A stretch of 64,000 nucleotides of DNA from an uncultured Halobacteria archaeon (GCA_963768575.1 CAVYIJ010000007.1:45945-109944), one strand, 5' to 3'. Shown: positions 40,111-52,413, numbered from the stretch's first letter. A program made the numbers and translations. Notes: generated from the sequence alone by a model not told the origin.

Positions 40111-41403
40111 TCAACCGCCCCGGGTTGGCGGGATGCGCAGTTTGTCGCCGACCCGCAGGGTATCTGACTTCAGGCTGTTGTAACCGCGCAGAGTGCTCAG
40201 ACTGACCTGGTGGCGCTGGGCAATGTGACTGAGGGTATCGCCGCGCTTGACCACGTACTGGCGTGCAGGTTTGCGTGTCCCGGGCGGCGGGTGCTTGTCG
40301 AAATAATCCTTGATGCCGCTCAGCATGGCCCGTGCCAGTTTCTGCTGGTGTCCGCTCTCACGCAGCCTTCTCTCTTCATCCGGGTTGGTGATGAAAGCGG
40401 TCTCTACCAGGATTGACGGGATATCGGGCGACTTGAGTACCAGGAACCCGGCCCGCTGGACGCTTTTCTTGTGGGTCTTGCCGATGCGTTTCAGTTCGCC
40501 GAGCATGTTCCCCGCCATCTCGTGGCTGGCCTCGAGCGTGGCGGTCTGCGAGAGGTCGAGCAGCACCTCGCGCAACAACTCGTCCTTGTCATCCAGGCTC
40601 ACCCCGCCCGCCAGGTCGGCCGCGTTCTCCTTTGCGGCCAGTACCCGCGCCATTTCCGACGAGGCACCGCGGCGCGACAGCACATACACCGAGGAACCGC
40701 TGGCACGGCCATTTTTGAAGCCATCGGCATGGATGGAAATGAACAGGTCGGCATTGTGTTTGCGCGCCTTGTCGATGCGCTGGCGCAGGCCGATGTAATA
40801 GTCACCTTCACGGATCAGCACCGGTCGCATGCCGGGTTCCTGCCTGACCAGGTCAGCGAGACGTCTGGCAATTGCCAGCACAACGTCCTTTTCCCGTGTC
40901 TTGCGCCGGCCAATGGCCCCCGGGTCATCGCCACCATGACCGGCATCGATCGCAATAACGAGATCGCGCACCGCGGTCGGCTTGCTCGCCACCACCTTCT
41001 TGACCGGCGTTGCACTGTCCTGTTCGTACAGGTCAATCACCAGGCGATGACCGTAGCGGTCGTTGGGTTTGAGGATGAAGCTGCGTGGTTTTACCGCCTG
41101 CTTCAGATCCAGCACGATGCGCAGATTGTCCGGCGTATTGTTTGCCGTGCGAATGGCCTTGACCAGGCCGCCGGTTTTATTGGTCTTTAGCGAGGCTGCG
41201 ACCTGTGCCGACGGCACGTCGATCACGAGGCGCTCCGGATTCGACAGGGAAAACAGTTGATGTTCCAGCGGGCCACTGGTATCGAAAACGACGCGGGTAT
41301 GATCCGGGGCGGCCCACAGCCGCACGCCCTTAAATTCAGTCGCAGCCAGCGCCGCCGGACCGGCGACCAGCCAAACACACAAGCCTGTGATGAGTTTTTT
41401 CAC
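40111..41403 (-). CDS. amiB: N-acetylmuramoyl-L-alanine amidase (AMIN-Amidase_3-LysM)
   Basis: AMIN domain, IDAGHGGDDPGA, FISIHAD, ILVETAFITN, LysM; position between tsaE and mutL. Confidence 0.92.
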   Translation of the reverse strand: MKKLITGLCVWLVAGPAALAATEFKGVRLWAAPDHTRVVFDTSGPLEHQLFSLSNPERLVIDVPSAQVAASLKTNKTGGLVKAIRTANNTPDNLRIVLDLKQAVKPRSFILKPNDRYGHRLVIDLYEQDSATPVKKVVASKPTAVRDLVIAIDAGHGGDDPGAIGRRKTREKDVVLAIARRLADLVRQEPGMRPVLIREGDYYIGLRQRIDKARKHNADLFISIHADGFKNGRASGSSVYVLSRRGASSEMARVLAAKENAADLAGGVSLDDKDELLREVLLDLSQTATLEASHEMAGNMLGELKRIGKTHKKSVQRAGFLVLKSPDIPSILVETAFITNPDEERRLRESGHQQKLARAMLSGIKDYFDKHPPPGTRKPARQYVVKRGDTLSHIAQRHQVSLSTLRGYNSLKSDTLRVGDKLRIPPTRGG

Positions 41404-41540
41404 GCCGTTGGCTGCCCTGATACCCTTCTCGTTATGGGGATTCTATTCGCATCACCGGGGAGATTGCAACAAATAGTGTTTAATCTCTTTGGGATAGCGA
41501 TTCTATCTGTCGACACTCGAAGGTAACAAGGCTAACAGGT

Positions 41541-41996
41541 TCAATCAATTAGATTCAGCGGTTCCACCATGGCCTCGCCCAGCGGCGTTTCCGAGTACAG
41601 ATTCACCACTCGACCGGCATTCCGGACCTCGAAAACGATGCGCAGGTCCGCCGCCGGCAGGTAGCCGGCGCCCCGTTCCGGCCATTCCACCAACAGCAGC
41701 GCCGGCGCATCCAGCATGTCGCGCAGGCCCAGCCACTCCAGTTCTTCCGGGTCTGAAAGCCGGTATAAATCAAGGTGGTAGACCCTGTCATCGCCGATCC
41801 TGTAGGGTTCCACCAGGGTGTAGGTGGGGCTCTTTACCTTGCCCGAATAACCACGCCCTCTCAGGATTGCACGCGCGAGCGCCGTTTTGCCGGCACCCAG
41901 CTCGCCCTCCAGGTAAACAATGCCGCGCCGCATGCCTGCCGCCAGGCGCCGGCCGAGGTCTTCAGTGGCGGCCGCGTCCACTAATTGCAGCTGCAT
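41541..41996 (-). CDS. tsaE: tRNA threonylcarbamoyladenosine biosynthesis ATPase TsaE
   Basis: LEGELGAGKT, VKSPTYTLVEPY, HLDLYRL, VEWPE. Confidence 0.96.
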   Translation of the reverse strand: MQLQLVDAAATEDLGRRLAAGMRRGIVYLEGELGAGKTALARAILRGRGYSGKVKSPTYTLVEPYRIGDDRVYHLDLYRLSDPEELEWLGLRDMLDAPALLLVEWPERGAGYLPAADLRIVFEVRNAGRVVNLYSETPLGEAMVEPLNLID

Positions 41997-41999
41997 GAC

Positions 42000-43494
42000 T
42001 CAGTCCTCGAGCAGACCGGGCAGTTCGGCGATCAGGTCGCGCGCCAGGCGGCCACGTTCACCCCGGCGGGCCGCGTGATCGCCGGCCACCGCGTGCAGGC
42101 AGACCGCGGCACGCGCCGCCACCGGCAATGCCAGGCCCTGGGCCAGCAATGCACCGGTCACGCCGCTGAGTACATCACCCATGCCCGCGGCCGCCATGCA
42201 CGGATTGCCCGCCGCGCAGATCACCGGCAATTCCCCGCCATCGTCAATGAGGGTGCCTGCGCCCTTGAGGACCACCACGCCGCCCCAGCGTGTTTGCAGC
42301 GCCCGTGCCGCGCCCGGACGGTCCGACTGCACGGTCGCGATCGTGGTATCCAGCAGGCGCGCCGCCTCGCCCGGGTGCGGCGTCAATACCCAGTTGCCGC
42401 GCGCGACCGGTTCGCGTGCCAGCAGGTTCAACGCATCGGCATCCACCACCAGCGGTTTTGCGGACTCCAGCACCGTGGACAACAGGGACTGTGCCCAGGC
42501 GGACTGCCCCAGGCCCGGGCCGACCACCACCACGTCCACCCGCGCCAGCAAGTCCTTCAAACCGGCCGTGGACTCGATGCCGTGACACATCAGCTCCGGA
42601 CAGGCCGCGGCGATCAGGGCGGCGTGCGCGCTGCGGGTCGCCAGGCTGACGCGGCCGGCACCGCTGCGCAGCGCCGCTTCGCCGGCCAGGCGCGCGGCGC
42701 CCGGCATGCCGTGATCGCCGCCCACCACCAGTACATGACCGAAATCTCCCTTGTGTGCCGTGCGACTGCGCGCGGCATGAAACGGGTTGGGCCGTGACCC
42801 GGTATCGACACGCGCACAGGGCATCACCTGTTGATAGACATCCGCAGGCACCGCCAGGTCATCAAACACAATCTCGCCACAACAGGCCGCGCCCTCCCCG
42901 GTATACAGGCCCGGTTTGCGACCGATAAAGGTAACCGTCAGCGCCGCCCGAATGGCAACCCCGTCGACGTGACCGGTATCCGCAGACAGGCCACTGGGAA
43001 TGTCCAGTGCAACGACGGGCGCCGTGGCCGTGTTTGCAGCTTCGATCAACGCCCGCCACTCGGGCCGTAACGGCCCGGAAAAACCGGTGCCCAACAGCGC
43101 ATCGACGATCAGGTCCGCGCTTAACCCGCCGCCATCATCCGGCTGCTCTATCCGCCCGCCTGCCGCCAGCCAGTCTGCGCATGCTGTGGCGGCATCGCCC
43201 CCGGTCCTGGCGGGATCGCCCATGTGCAGGACACGCACTCGGCAGCCGGCCTGCAGTGCCAGGCGTGCCAGGACATAGCCGTCACCGCCGTTGTTGCCGC
43301 CGCCGCACAGCACCAGGATTTCACGCGCATTGGGCCAGCGCGACTGCTATGGCCTGCCATGCCGCACCCGCCGCACGCGTCATCAGGGTATAACCGGGAA
43401 TGCCGGCCACTCCGATGGCGATGCGGTCCAGTTCGCGCAGCTGCGCGGCGAGGTAGAGCGGAAAATCCGGTGGTATCTGTTCGCCGGGGTTCAT
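42000..43494 (-). CDS. nnr: Bifunctional NAD(P)HX epimerase/dehydratase with apparent +1 frameshift near 43345
   Basis: N-terminal QLRELDR..LMTRA, then CGGGNNGGDG, DIPSG, HKGDFG, VDADAL, TPHPGEAARL, GMGDVLSG. Confidence 0.9.
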
Positions 43495-43568
43495 GCCGGC
43501 GTACCGGCTATGCTGTAATGAGCAATCATCCCGGCAACATACCGTGAAGCACGCACGCAAATCCAGTC

Positions 43569-44633
<1,065 letters not shown>

Positions 44634-45069
44634 ACGCCCGGGATCGGCCAATAGTTGCCCCAAATAAATTGCAGGGTGCGCCGTGCGCACCGCAGCATTG
44701 GTGCGCACCCTGCAAACGATCGGGACGGGTCTGATGCGGTCATACGACTAAATGACTCAGGTATTCACCCTGGAACTTCCGAGTACGGCAAAATCGGACA
44801 TTCATCTGTCACAGAAACTTCTTTCTCGAAAAGCATTCGTAACCATACACAAATAGACGTTCGACCTGAGGAGGCGATCAGGTTGCTGACAAACCTTTCG
44901 TACGCTACGCGTCGACGTGCGGCGATTGTTCATCGAGATTGCCTGCGCATGAAACGCGTGGATGTATGGAGACCTGCATACGCGGGCAGCGACATCGCCG
45001 GCAAGCCCGCGGCTGGACTATACTTGGCTGAGTTGGCGACTGCCATTTCACAACGGATCAATAACAGTG

Positions 45070-45999
45070 ATGACCTTTCCTGAACGACTCTCCCGGCGCG
45101 AATTGATGAAAGCGCTTGCTGCGCTTTGTGCCAGTGCCCTCGTGCCCGCCACAAAGGCGGCCAGCCGGGTGAAGCTCATCAGCAAGCCGGTACCGTCCAG
45201 CGGCGAAGCCATGCCGGTAATCGGCCTCGGCAGCTCGCGCACCTTCAATGTCGGCGATGACATTGACGCGCGCGACACCTGCGCCGAGGTGATCCGGCAC
45301 TACCTCGATGCCGGTGGCCGCATGATCGACTCCTCGCCCATGTACGGCAGCTCGCAGCCGGTGATCGGTTACGCGCTGGATAAGCTCGGCAAGTCGGGCG
45401 AGGTTTTCTCCGCCGACAAGGTATGGATCTCGGCGCCGGGCAAGGGCCGCCAGCAGATGGAGGCCTCGCGCCGGTACTGGGGCGTGCCGGGCTTCGATCT
45501 CATGCAGGTGCACAACCTGGTATCGTGGCAGGAGCACCTCGAGACCCTGTACGAGATGAAGGAAGCCGGCAACATACGCTATGTCGGCATCACCACCTCG
45601 CACGGCCGCCGTCACGAAGAGTTCGAGGAAGTGATGAAAAGCCGCAAACTCGATTTCGTCCAGTTCAGCTACAACCTTGTCGACCGCGAGGCCGAGCGGC
45701 GCCTGCTGCCACTGGCGGCCGAACGCGGCATCGCGGTCATCGTCAACCGCCCGTTTCAGCGAGGCGACCTCATCCACCGCCTCGAGGGGCGCCCCTTGCC
45801 GGAATGGGCCGGCGAGACCGGCTGCGCCAACTGGCCGCAGTTCCTGCTCAAGTTCATCGTCTCGCACCCGGCGGTGACCTGCGCGATACCGGCGACCTCG
45901 CAGGTCGAGCACGTAAAGGAGAACATGGGCGCCTGCTACGGTGCGCTGCCCGATGCCGACATGCGAGCCCGCATGATCGCTTACGTCGAAAACCTGTGA
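45070..45999 (+). CDS. Aldo/keto reductase with twin-arginine-like signal
   Basis: SRRELMK, IGLGS, IDSSPMYG, DLMQVHN, YVGIT, AVTCAIPATS. Confidence 0.9.
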   Translation: MTFPERLSRRELMKALAALCASALVPATKAASRVKLISKPVPSSGEAMPVIGLGSSRTFNVGDDIDARDTCAEVIRHYLDAGGRMIDSSPMYGSSQPVIGYALDKLGKSGEVFSADKVWISAPGKGRQQMEASRRYWGVPGFDLMQVHNLVSWQEHLETLYEMKEAGNIRYVGITTSHGRRHEEFEEVMKSRKLDFVQFSYNLVDREAERRLLPLAAERGIAVIVNRPFQRGDLIHRLEGRPLPEWAGETGCANWPQFLLKFIVSHPAVTCAIPATSQVEHVKENMGACYGALPDADMRARMIAYVENL

Positions 46000-46670
46000 T
46001 AGATGAATGGTGGACGTACGGCATCGCCGACCTGGTGCTGTTCACGCCAGAAACCTACTTTCGCCTGTTCGAGTTCTACCACCGCGACTGGTGGCCCATG
46101 CAGCTGGCGTGCACGACCATGGCCGTGGTCATTTTGCTGTGCCTGTGGCTGAAACCCGCCTGGGGCGGCCGGGTGATCGCCATCCTGCTGGCCGGAAGCT
46201 GGGCCTGGGTGGGCTGGGCGTTCCTTCATCTTCGCTTCGCCCCCATCCACTGGGTCGCGGACTGGTACGCGGTCGCCTTCTTTCTCCAGGCGCTGTGGCT
46301 GTTCGTCTACGGGGTATCGCGTCGAGGGGTGGAATTTGAAACCGGAAATTCGGCGCGCGCGGGCATCGGCGTTTTCGTCCTGCTGGGCGCGCTGCTGGTA
46401 ATGCCGGCGACCGCTTACCTCACCGGGCGCGAGTGGATGCAGGCGGAGCTGTTTGCGATGACTCCCGACGCTACCGTGCTGGCCACACTCGGCCTGTTGC
46501 TGCTGACGAAAGGGCGCGTTGCCTTCCGGCTGGTGGTGATTCCTGTGGCCTGGTGCTTCGTAACCGGTGCTACGTTGTGGGTGCTGGAAGCACCCGAGGC
46601 AATGATACTGCCTGCTGGCGCCATGCTGACCATCGCGTTGATGTCAATGCCTGTACGCCGACGAGGATAA
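45996..46670 (+). CDS. DUF6064-like membrane protein
   Basis: DEWWTY..DLVLFTPETYFRLFEFYH, MTPDATVLATLG; GTG overlaps the AKR stop. Confidence 0.7.
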   Translation: MIDEWWTYGIADLVLFTPETYFRLFEFYHRDWWPMQLACTTMAVVILLCLWLKPAWGGRVIAILLAGSWAWVGWAFLHLRFAPIHWVADWYAVAFFLQALWLFVYGVSRRGVEFETGNSARAGIGVFVLLGALLVMPATAYLTGREWMQAELFAMTPDATVLATLGLLLLTKGRVAFRLVVIPVAWCFVTGATLWVLEAPEAMILPAGAMLTIALMSMPVRRRG

Positions 46671-47035
46671 TCCGCCTGATACTTGATCCTTTCGTGATAC
46701 CCACGGATCGTCTTCCGTCCGTTAGGGAAGACTTGTATTCCAATCAGGTCCCGAGTCGCATTCCGGCCAGATCAGGACGTCCAACAGACTGTAGTTTTCC
46801 TCTTGTGTATAGCCGAAAAATACATACAGGATCGACTTGATGAAGATCAGAAGATTTAACCGGGATGATAGAAATACTTTAAAGAAAGTGAAACACGGTG
46901 TCTCGATGGAGGAGGAACGGGTTTTCTTCAGCGCTCCTTTATTTGTTGCCGGAGGATGTCAAACACATCAGCCGGGAACGACGCTCCTGCAGCATGCGGA
47001 GAGCGCAATAACGTTAGTGTATTGCGTCATATGAT

Positions 47036-47242
47036 TTACTCCTCCTTCGCAGTCTCTTTCATGACAACTGACCGGTCTTCCGCACGCGCTTCGGCGCTGG
47101 GCTGATCAGAAGGTTGACAGGCCATTTTCTCTGCCTGCATCCGCTTGTGCAGGGCTTCGATCAATTCGCGGTTAACCTTCGCGAAATAGATATTCTCCGC
47201 CGCTCTTTCCGCAAGACTGAGCTGCTCGACAAAATCACTCAT
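47036..47242 (-). CDS. Small hypothetical protein with IF1-like helix motif
   Basis: GAGTGGAGGG RBS; ERAAENIYFAKVNRELIEAL helix. Confidence 0.65.
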   Translation of the reverse strand: MSDFVEQLSLAERAAENIYFAKVNRELIEALHKRMQAEKMACQPSDQPSAEARAEDRSVVMKETAKEE

Positions 47243-47483
47243 GGCTGCCCTCCACTCATGTATATAAGATAATTAGCATACACTAATAGTATATTAGGGC
47301 AACGGTATAAATATTTCATTAAAAAGTTGTGCGGCATAATGTCGCGTCTTTAGAAAAGTGGCGATCAAGCAAGACGCCATGAAGGTACATTTTGGGTGAT
47401 ATTTGTCGCTAAGCCGTTGTTTATACTAGAGACTGCTAAACGTTCGAGAAGGGTCGTTTCCGTCATTCAATGACTATTGTGAA

Positions 47484-48323
47484 TCAATCCTTGTTCTTCA
47501 ACTCCAGTCCGCAGTCATACAAAGTGTTTTTTGAAATTCCGGTGATTCTTGCCGCCAGGGCGGCTGCCTGTTTCAACGGTAATTCCTCCAGCAGGACTTG
47601 CAGCGTATGCCGCGCCTGTTCATCGAGCACGGCCGTCTCTACCTGCCTCCCGTGCACCAGCACCACGAACTCTCCTTTCTGCCGGTTTGCATTCGACGAC
47701 ACCCACTCGCACAGCTCTGCAAGCGTACCGTGCCTGGCGGTTTCGTGAATCTTGGTCAACTCGCGGGCAACCGTCGCCGTACGCTCATCACCCAGGCAAT
47801 CAGCCATGTCGGCAAGTGACTCTGAAATCCGGTGACTGGACTCGTAAAACACCAGTGTCACGGGCATTGACTGCAACGCTTGCAGACGCACCCGGCGCGC
47901 CGCCTGTTTCGCGGGCAGGAACCCCTCGAAATAAAAGCGGTCGGTCGGCAAGCCGGCAACCGACAATGCCGCAGTCAGTGCAGCCGGCCCGGGGACTGCC
48001 ACCACGTCGATGCCGGCCGCATGCGCGGACCTCACCAGCAGGTAACCGGGGTCGCTGATCAGGGGGGTACCCGCATCGGAGATCAGCGCCACGTCGTCGC
48101 CCTGCTCGAGCTGTTGAATGATCTTTCCCGCCATGTGCTTTTCATTATGCTCATGCAATGCCACCAGCCGCGTTCCTACACCATAATGCGCCAGCAGCTT
48201 CTTGCTATGGCGGGTATCCTCGGCTGCAATGACGGACACCGAGGACAGCACCTGCACGGCCCGCGACGAAATATCCTGCAGGTTGCCGATCGGCGTGGCG
48301 ACCACGTAGAGTTTTCCGGGCAT
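47484..48323 (-). CDS. rsmI: 16S rRNA (C1402-2'-O)-methyltransferase RsmI
   Basis: LYVVATPIGNLQDI, AAEDTRH, SDAGTPLISDPG, FYESSHR, ARELTK. Confidence 0.96.
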   Translation of the reverse strand: MPGKLYVVATPIGNLQDISSRAVQVLSSVSVIAAEDTRHSKKLLAHYGVGTRLVALHEHNEKHMAGKIIQQLEQGDDVALISDAGTPLISDPGYLLVRSAHAAGIDVVAVPGPAALTAALSVAGLPTDRFYFEGFLPAKQAARRVRLQALQSMPVTLVFYESSHRISESLADMADCLGDERTATVARELTKIHETARHGTLAELCEWVSSNANRQKGEFVVLVHGRQVETAVLDEQARHTLQVLLEELPLKQAAALAARITGISKNTLYDCGLELKNKD

Positions 48324-48443
48324 TTTTACATGGATATTCATGGCAACCGCATCCTAACAGGGATACCGTCAAATACATAAAAGGTGGACGAAGATGCCGC
48401 TTTTCAGTAGAGTCACCGCCACTACCATTCAAGCTTTATCCTG

Positions 48444-50342
48444 ATGCCAATTGCAAAATTTTTCACGGGCAGCGCATTGCTCGTCATCCTGCTGACCAGC
48501 CTGCTGTCCGGTTGCACGGTCAGCACAAAAATCCCTGCAAGCGCCACTGACAGGCTCCAGCAACGCGCCAATGCGCTTGAAGCGGGCGGTGATTACCAGG
48601 CAGCCGCACAACTTTACCTGTCGGCCGCCGGGCAGGCTACCGGACCCGAACAACACAGCTTGCAACTGATGGCGGCTGGCAGCCTGGTGCGCGGCGGTGA
48701 CTATCCGCAAGCCACAACGCTGCTGGAGTCGATACCACTCGAACAGTTGACGGAACCGAACCGTCAGCACTACACCCTGCTGAAGGCGGCCATTATCCTC
48801 GCCGAACAGCGCCCCGACCAGGTGCTTGCCCTGCTGCGGGATGTACCGGCCAGCGGGCCCTTCATCGCGGATTACCGTCGCTTGCGCGCGGAAGCCTGGC
48901 TGCAAAAGTCGCAATATTTTCGCAGCGCCGAAGAACGCGTGCTGCTGGACCCCTTGCTGACAGACCCGCAGGCACAACAGGATAACCGGCGCGCTATCTG
49001 GGAAGCCGTGAACAGCCTGACCGACGAGCAATTGCAGGGGAAGCGCAGCGCTCCGCCACCCGATACCTTGAGCGGCTGGATGGAACTGGTCGAGCTGACA
49101 CGCCTGTACCTGCAACAACCCGATGCGCTGGCCGACGTGACGCCGCACTGGCAACGTCGTTACCCGGGACACCCCGCAAGCGGAGTGTTCCTGGACGGTT
49201 TACTCGACACGATGCGTTCGGCCGGACAACCGCCCGCGCAGATCGGTATATTACTGCCGTTGAACGGCAATCTGTCCGGTGCGGCGGGCGCCATTCGCGA
49301 CGGCATCGCGGCCGCCTATTACGACACGCCTGAAAGCGGACTGCGGCCGGAACTCAGATTTTACGATTCCGGCGATACGCCCGATAGCGCGGTTATCGCC
49401 TACCACGATGCAGTGGCAAACGGTGCGCAGTTCGTTATCGGCCCCCTGCGCAAGGAGTCCGTCCAGGCGCTGACCACCCTGCAGCCGCTGCCGGTGCCGG
49501 TACTTGGCCTCAACCAGGTCAAGGACGAGTTACAGTACAATGCCGACCTGTATCAATTCGGCCTGGCACCGGAAGACGAGGCACGCGAAGTCGCACGACT
49601 GGCCTGGCGCAACGGCCATACGCGGGCCATTGCCCTGCTGCCGGAAACCGACTGGGGTGAGCGCGTATACAATGCATTTGCAACAGAGTGGCAATTGCTG
49701 GGCGGCCATATTGTCGATTCCCGGCGCTACGATCCAGGCAAGGCCGACCACGGGTCCGCTATCAAAGGCGTGCTCAATCTCGATGCCAGCAGGGCACGAA
49801 AGCTCGCGCTCAGCAGGAAGCTCGGCAGAAATCTGGAATTCGAGCCACGCAGACGCCGGGACATCGATTTCGTCTTTCTTGCAGCATCACCGCGCCAGGC
49901 ACGGCTGATCAAGCCTCAACTCAATTTCTACCGTGCATCCGACCTGCCGGTTTACGCCACCTCGCGCGTTTATACGGGCTACCCTGACAAGAGCAAGGAT
50001 GCCGACATGAACGATATTATATTCTGCGACACACCCTGGACGCTTGAACATCGTGCCAACTGGGACCACTTACAGCGAAGCATTACCGAGTTCTGGCCGG
50101 ACAATGCAGCACGCTACGCGAGATTGTATGCCCTTGGTATCGATGCGTACCGGATCATCCCGTACCTCGGTAAACTGGATGCGGGAATGTTCGGCGCCTA
50201 TCACGGGGTAACCGGCAACCTGTCACTTGACGGGAATGGCAAGATCAACCGGACATTGCGCTGCGCCACTTTCCGGCAGGGCCTGCCAACACTGCTGGAA
50301 GTCGTGACAGCGGACACACGCGCCGGGGCGACACTGCGCTGA
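48444..50342 (+). CDS. lpoA: Penicillin-binding protein activator LpoA (LppC family)
   Basis: LLSGC lipobox, IGILLPL.G, VIGPLRK, RLYALGIDAY, GVTGNL; divergent from rsmI. Confidence 0.92.
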   Translation: MPIAKFFTGSALLVILLTSLLSGCTVSTKIPASATDRLQQRANALEAGGDYQAAAQLYLSAAGQATGPEQHSLQLMAAGSLVRGGDYPQATTLLESIPLEQLTEPNRQHYTLLKAAIILAEQRPDQVLALLRDVPASGPFIADYRRLRAEAWLQKSQYFRSAEERVLLDPLLTDPQAQQDNRRAIWEAVNSLTDEQLQGKRSAPPPDTLSGWMELVELTRLYLQQPDALADVTPHWQRRYPGHPASGVFLDGLLDTMRSAGQPPAQIGILLPLNGNLSGAAGAIRDGIAAAYYDTPESGLRPELRFYDSGDTPDSAVIAYHDAVANGAQFVIGPLRKESVQALTTLQPLPVPVLGLNQVKDELQYNADLYQFGLAPEDEAREVARLAWRNGHTRAIALLPETDWGERVYNAFATEWQLLGGHIVDSRRYDPGKADHGSAIKGVLNLDASRARKLALSRKLGRNLEFEPRRRRDIDFVFLAASPRQARLIKPQLNFYRASDLPVYATSRVYTGYPDKSKDADMNDIIFCDTPWTLEHRANWDHLQRSITEFWPDNAARYARLYALGIDAYRIIPYLGKLDAGMFGAYHGVTGNLSLDGNGKINRTLRCATFRQGLPTLLEVVTADTRAGATLR

Positions 50343-50343
50343 T

Positions 50344-50703
50344 ATGGTCGCAGGCAACCGCGGAAGGGATGCCGAGGACCGCGCCTGTGATTACCTGCTG
50401 GGGAAAGGTCTCACCCTGCTGCGGCGAAATTACCGCAGCAGGCGTGGTGAAATCGATCTCGTTTTACGCGATACAGGCAGCCTGGTCTTCGTTGAGGTAC
50501 GATACCGCAGGCAAGCCGGCTTCGGCAGTGCGGCGGAAAGCGTCGACCGGCATAAACGAACTCGTTTGTCAGCCTGTGCAAAGCAGTACCTGCAAGATTT
50601 TCCGAATGTGGCCGGCCTGTCCTGCCGGTTCGACGTGGTTGCTATCGATGGACCCGATTACAGTATCGAATGGATCAGGGATGCCTTTGGCGTCGATGAA
50701 TAA
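50344..50703 (+). CDS. yraN: YraN family protein (UPF0102)
   Basis: RNYRSRRGEIDLV, VFVEVRYR, CRFDVV. Confidence 0.93.
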   Translation: MVAGNRGRDAEDRACDYLLGKGLTLLRRNYRSRRGEIDLVLRDTGSLVFVEVRYRRQAGFGSAAESVDRHKRTRLSACAKQYLQDFPNVAGLSCRFDVVAIDGPDYSIEWIRDAFGVDE

Positions 50704-50787
50704 ATCCCGTGCGACGGGAACAACATGCAGTCACCGTGGTCGCAATCCCGGTAGCCAATCAATACAAACCCGACAGGAGACACCGCA

Positions 50788-51372
50788 ATGAAGTTGCTCA
50801 TCCACCTGCTCTTAATCACACTTGCCGCGACCACATTCTACGGCTGCGCACCGGTTGTTATCGGCGGTGCCGCAACCAGTGGCGCAGCTTTGCACGATCG
50901 CCGGACCGTCGGCACCTTCGTCGACGACCAGGGAATCGAGCTCAAGTCCTCAATGGCTATCCTGGAAAACAGGGAATTGAGCCGGCAGACACACATCAAC
51001 ATCATCAGCCTCAATGGCGTCGTGCTGATGGTCGGCCAGGCGCCAGATGAAGCACTGCGGCAACAAGCCCAGGATATCGTCGCCGGGGTGGAGAAGGTTC
51101 GTCATATCCACAACGAGATTGCGATTGCCGCGCCCAATTCAATGATGACCCGCAGCAGCGACTCATTGATTACGGCCAAGGTCAAGACCAGCTTCTTCAG
51201 CATCAAGGGATTGCCGGACTTCGATCCGACCAGGACAAAGGTCGTGACAGAGGACGGCGTCGTTTACCTGATGGGCCTGCTCCACCGCAACGAAGCCGAT
51301 GCCGTCAGCGAACGCGCACGCCAGGTTTCCGGTGTAGAAAAAGTTGTCAGACTATTCGAATACCTCGACTGA
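50788..51372 (+). CDS. yraP: Dual BON-domain lipoprotein (YraP/DolP)
   Basis: FYGC lipobox-like, DRRTVGT, DSLITAKVK, TEDGVVYLMG. Confidence 0.9.
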   Translation: MKLLIHLLLITLAATTFYGCAPVVIGGAATSGAALHDRRTVGTFVDDQGIELKSSMAILENRELSRQTHINIISLNGVVLMVGQAPDEALRQQAQDIVAGVEKVRHIHNEIAIAAPNSMMTRSSDSLITAKVKTSFFSIKGLPDFDPTRTKVVTEDGVVYLMGLLHRNEADAVSERARQVSGVEKVVRLFEYLD

Positions 51373-51405
51373 TCTCGCGGCATTCCGTCATCAGGCCGAC
51401 CTGTT

Positions 51406-52413
51406 ATGTCCGGGATCGTAGTTTGCGCACTGTACCGGTTTGTTCGCCTGGACGATTACCGGGCATTGCGCACACCGCTGCTGGATATCCTCGAGAAAAA
51501 CGGGATTTACGGAACCCTGCTGCTGGCGGGCGAAGGCATCAACGGGACCGTCGCCGGCTCGCGCGCGGCTATCAACACCCTGCTCGACTGGTTCCGCCGC
51601 GACGCCCGGCTGGCAGACATTGACTGCAAGGAGTCGCTGACCGACACGCCGCCATTCAAGCACAGCAAGGTCAAGCTAAAACGTGAAATCGTGACCCTGG
51701 GCGTACCCGGCATAGACCCAAACCGGGTAGTCGGCACGTACGTGGAACCCGCCGACTGGAACGATCTGATCAGCGATCCTGAAGTCCTGCTGATCGATAC
51801 CAGGAATGATTACGAGGTCAGGGTCGGCACCTTCAGGAATGCCGCCAACCCGGCAACCGGTTCGTTTCGCGAGTTCCCGGAATATGTAAATGCAAAGCTC
51901 GATCCGGCCAAACACCGGAAGGTCGCGATGTTTTGCACCGGCGGCATTCGCTGTGAAAAAGCCACGGCATTCCTGAAACAGCAGGGCTTCGACGAGGTGT
52001 TTCACCTCAAGGGCGGCATTCTGAAATACCTGGAAGACACCTGCGAAAATGACAGTCTTTGGGAAGGCGAGTGTTTCGTTTTCGACGAACGCGTTACGGT
52101 CAATCACCGGCTGGAACGCGGGCAATATAACCAGTGCAATGCATGCCGCATGCCGGTCAGTGAGGCCGATATGGCCAGCGAATTCTATGAACAGGGGGTC
52201 AGCTGTCCGCATTGCCATGACAGGCTCACGGCAAAACAGAAAGCACGCTTTGCGGAACGTGAACGACAGATGCAACTTGCGCAGGATCGCAGCGAGTTGC
52301 ACATGGGTTCCGGCGTCAATGAAATCATGCACCAGCGACGCGCACGCAAACGTCAGGAGAAACAGCAGCAACGGACAACATCAAAACAACAGAACGACAC
52401 ACCGTCAACCTGA
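51406..52413 (+). CDS. trhO: Rhodanese-related tRNA uridine hydroxylase TrhO (YceA)
   Basis: [47 protein letters not shown]. Confidence 0.92.
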   Translation: MSGIVVCALYRFVRLDDYRALRTPLLDILEKNGIYGTLLLAGEGINGTVAGSRAAINTLLDWFRRDARLADIDCKESLTDTPPFKHSKVKLKREIVTLGVPGIDPNRVVGTYVEPADWNDLISDPEVLLIDTRNDYEVRVGTFRNAANPATGSFREFPEYVNAKLDPAKHRKVAMFCTGGIRCEKATAFLKQQGFDEVFHLKGGILKYLEDTCENDSLWEGECFVFDERVTVNHRLERGQYNQCNACRMPVSEADMASEFYEQGVSCPHCHDRLTAKQKARFAERERQMQLAQDRSELHMGSGVNEIMHQRRARKRQEKQQQRTTSKQQNDTPST

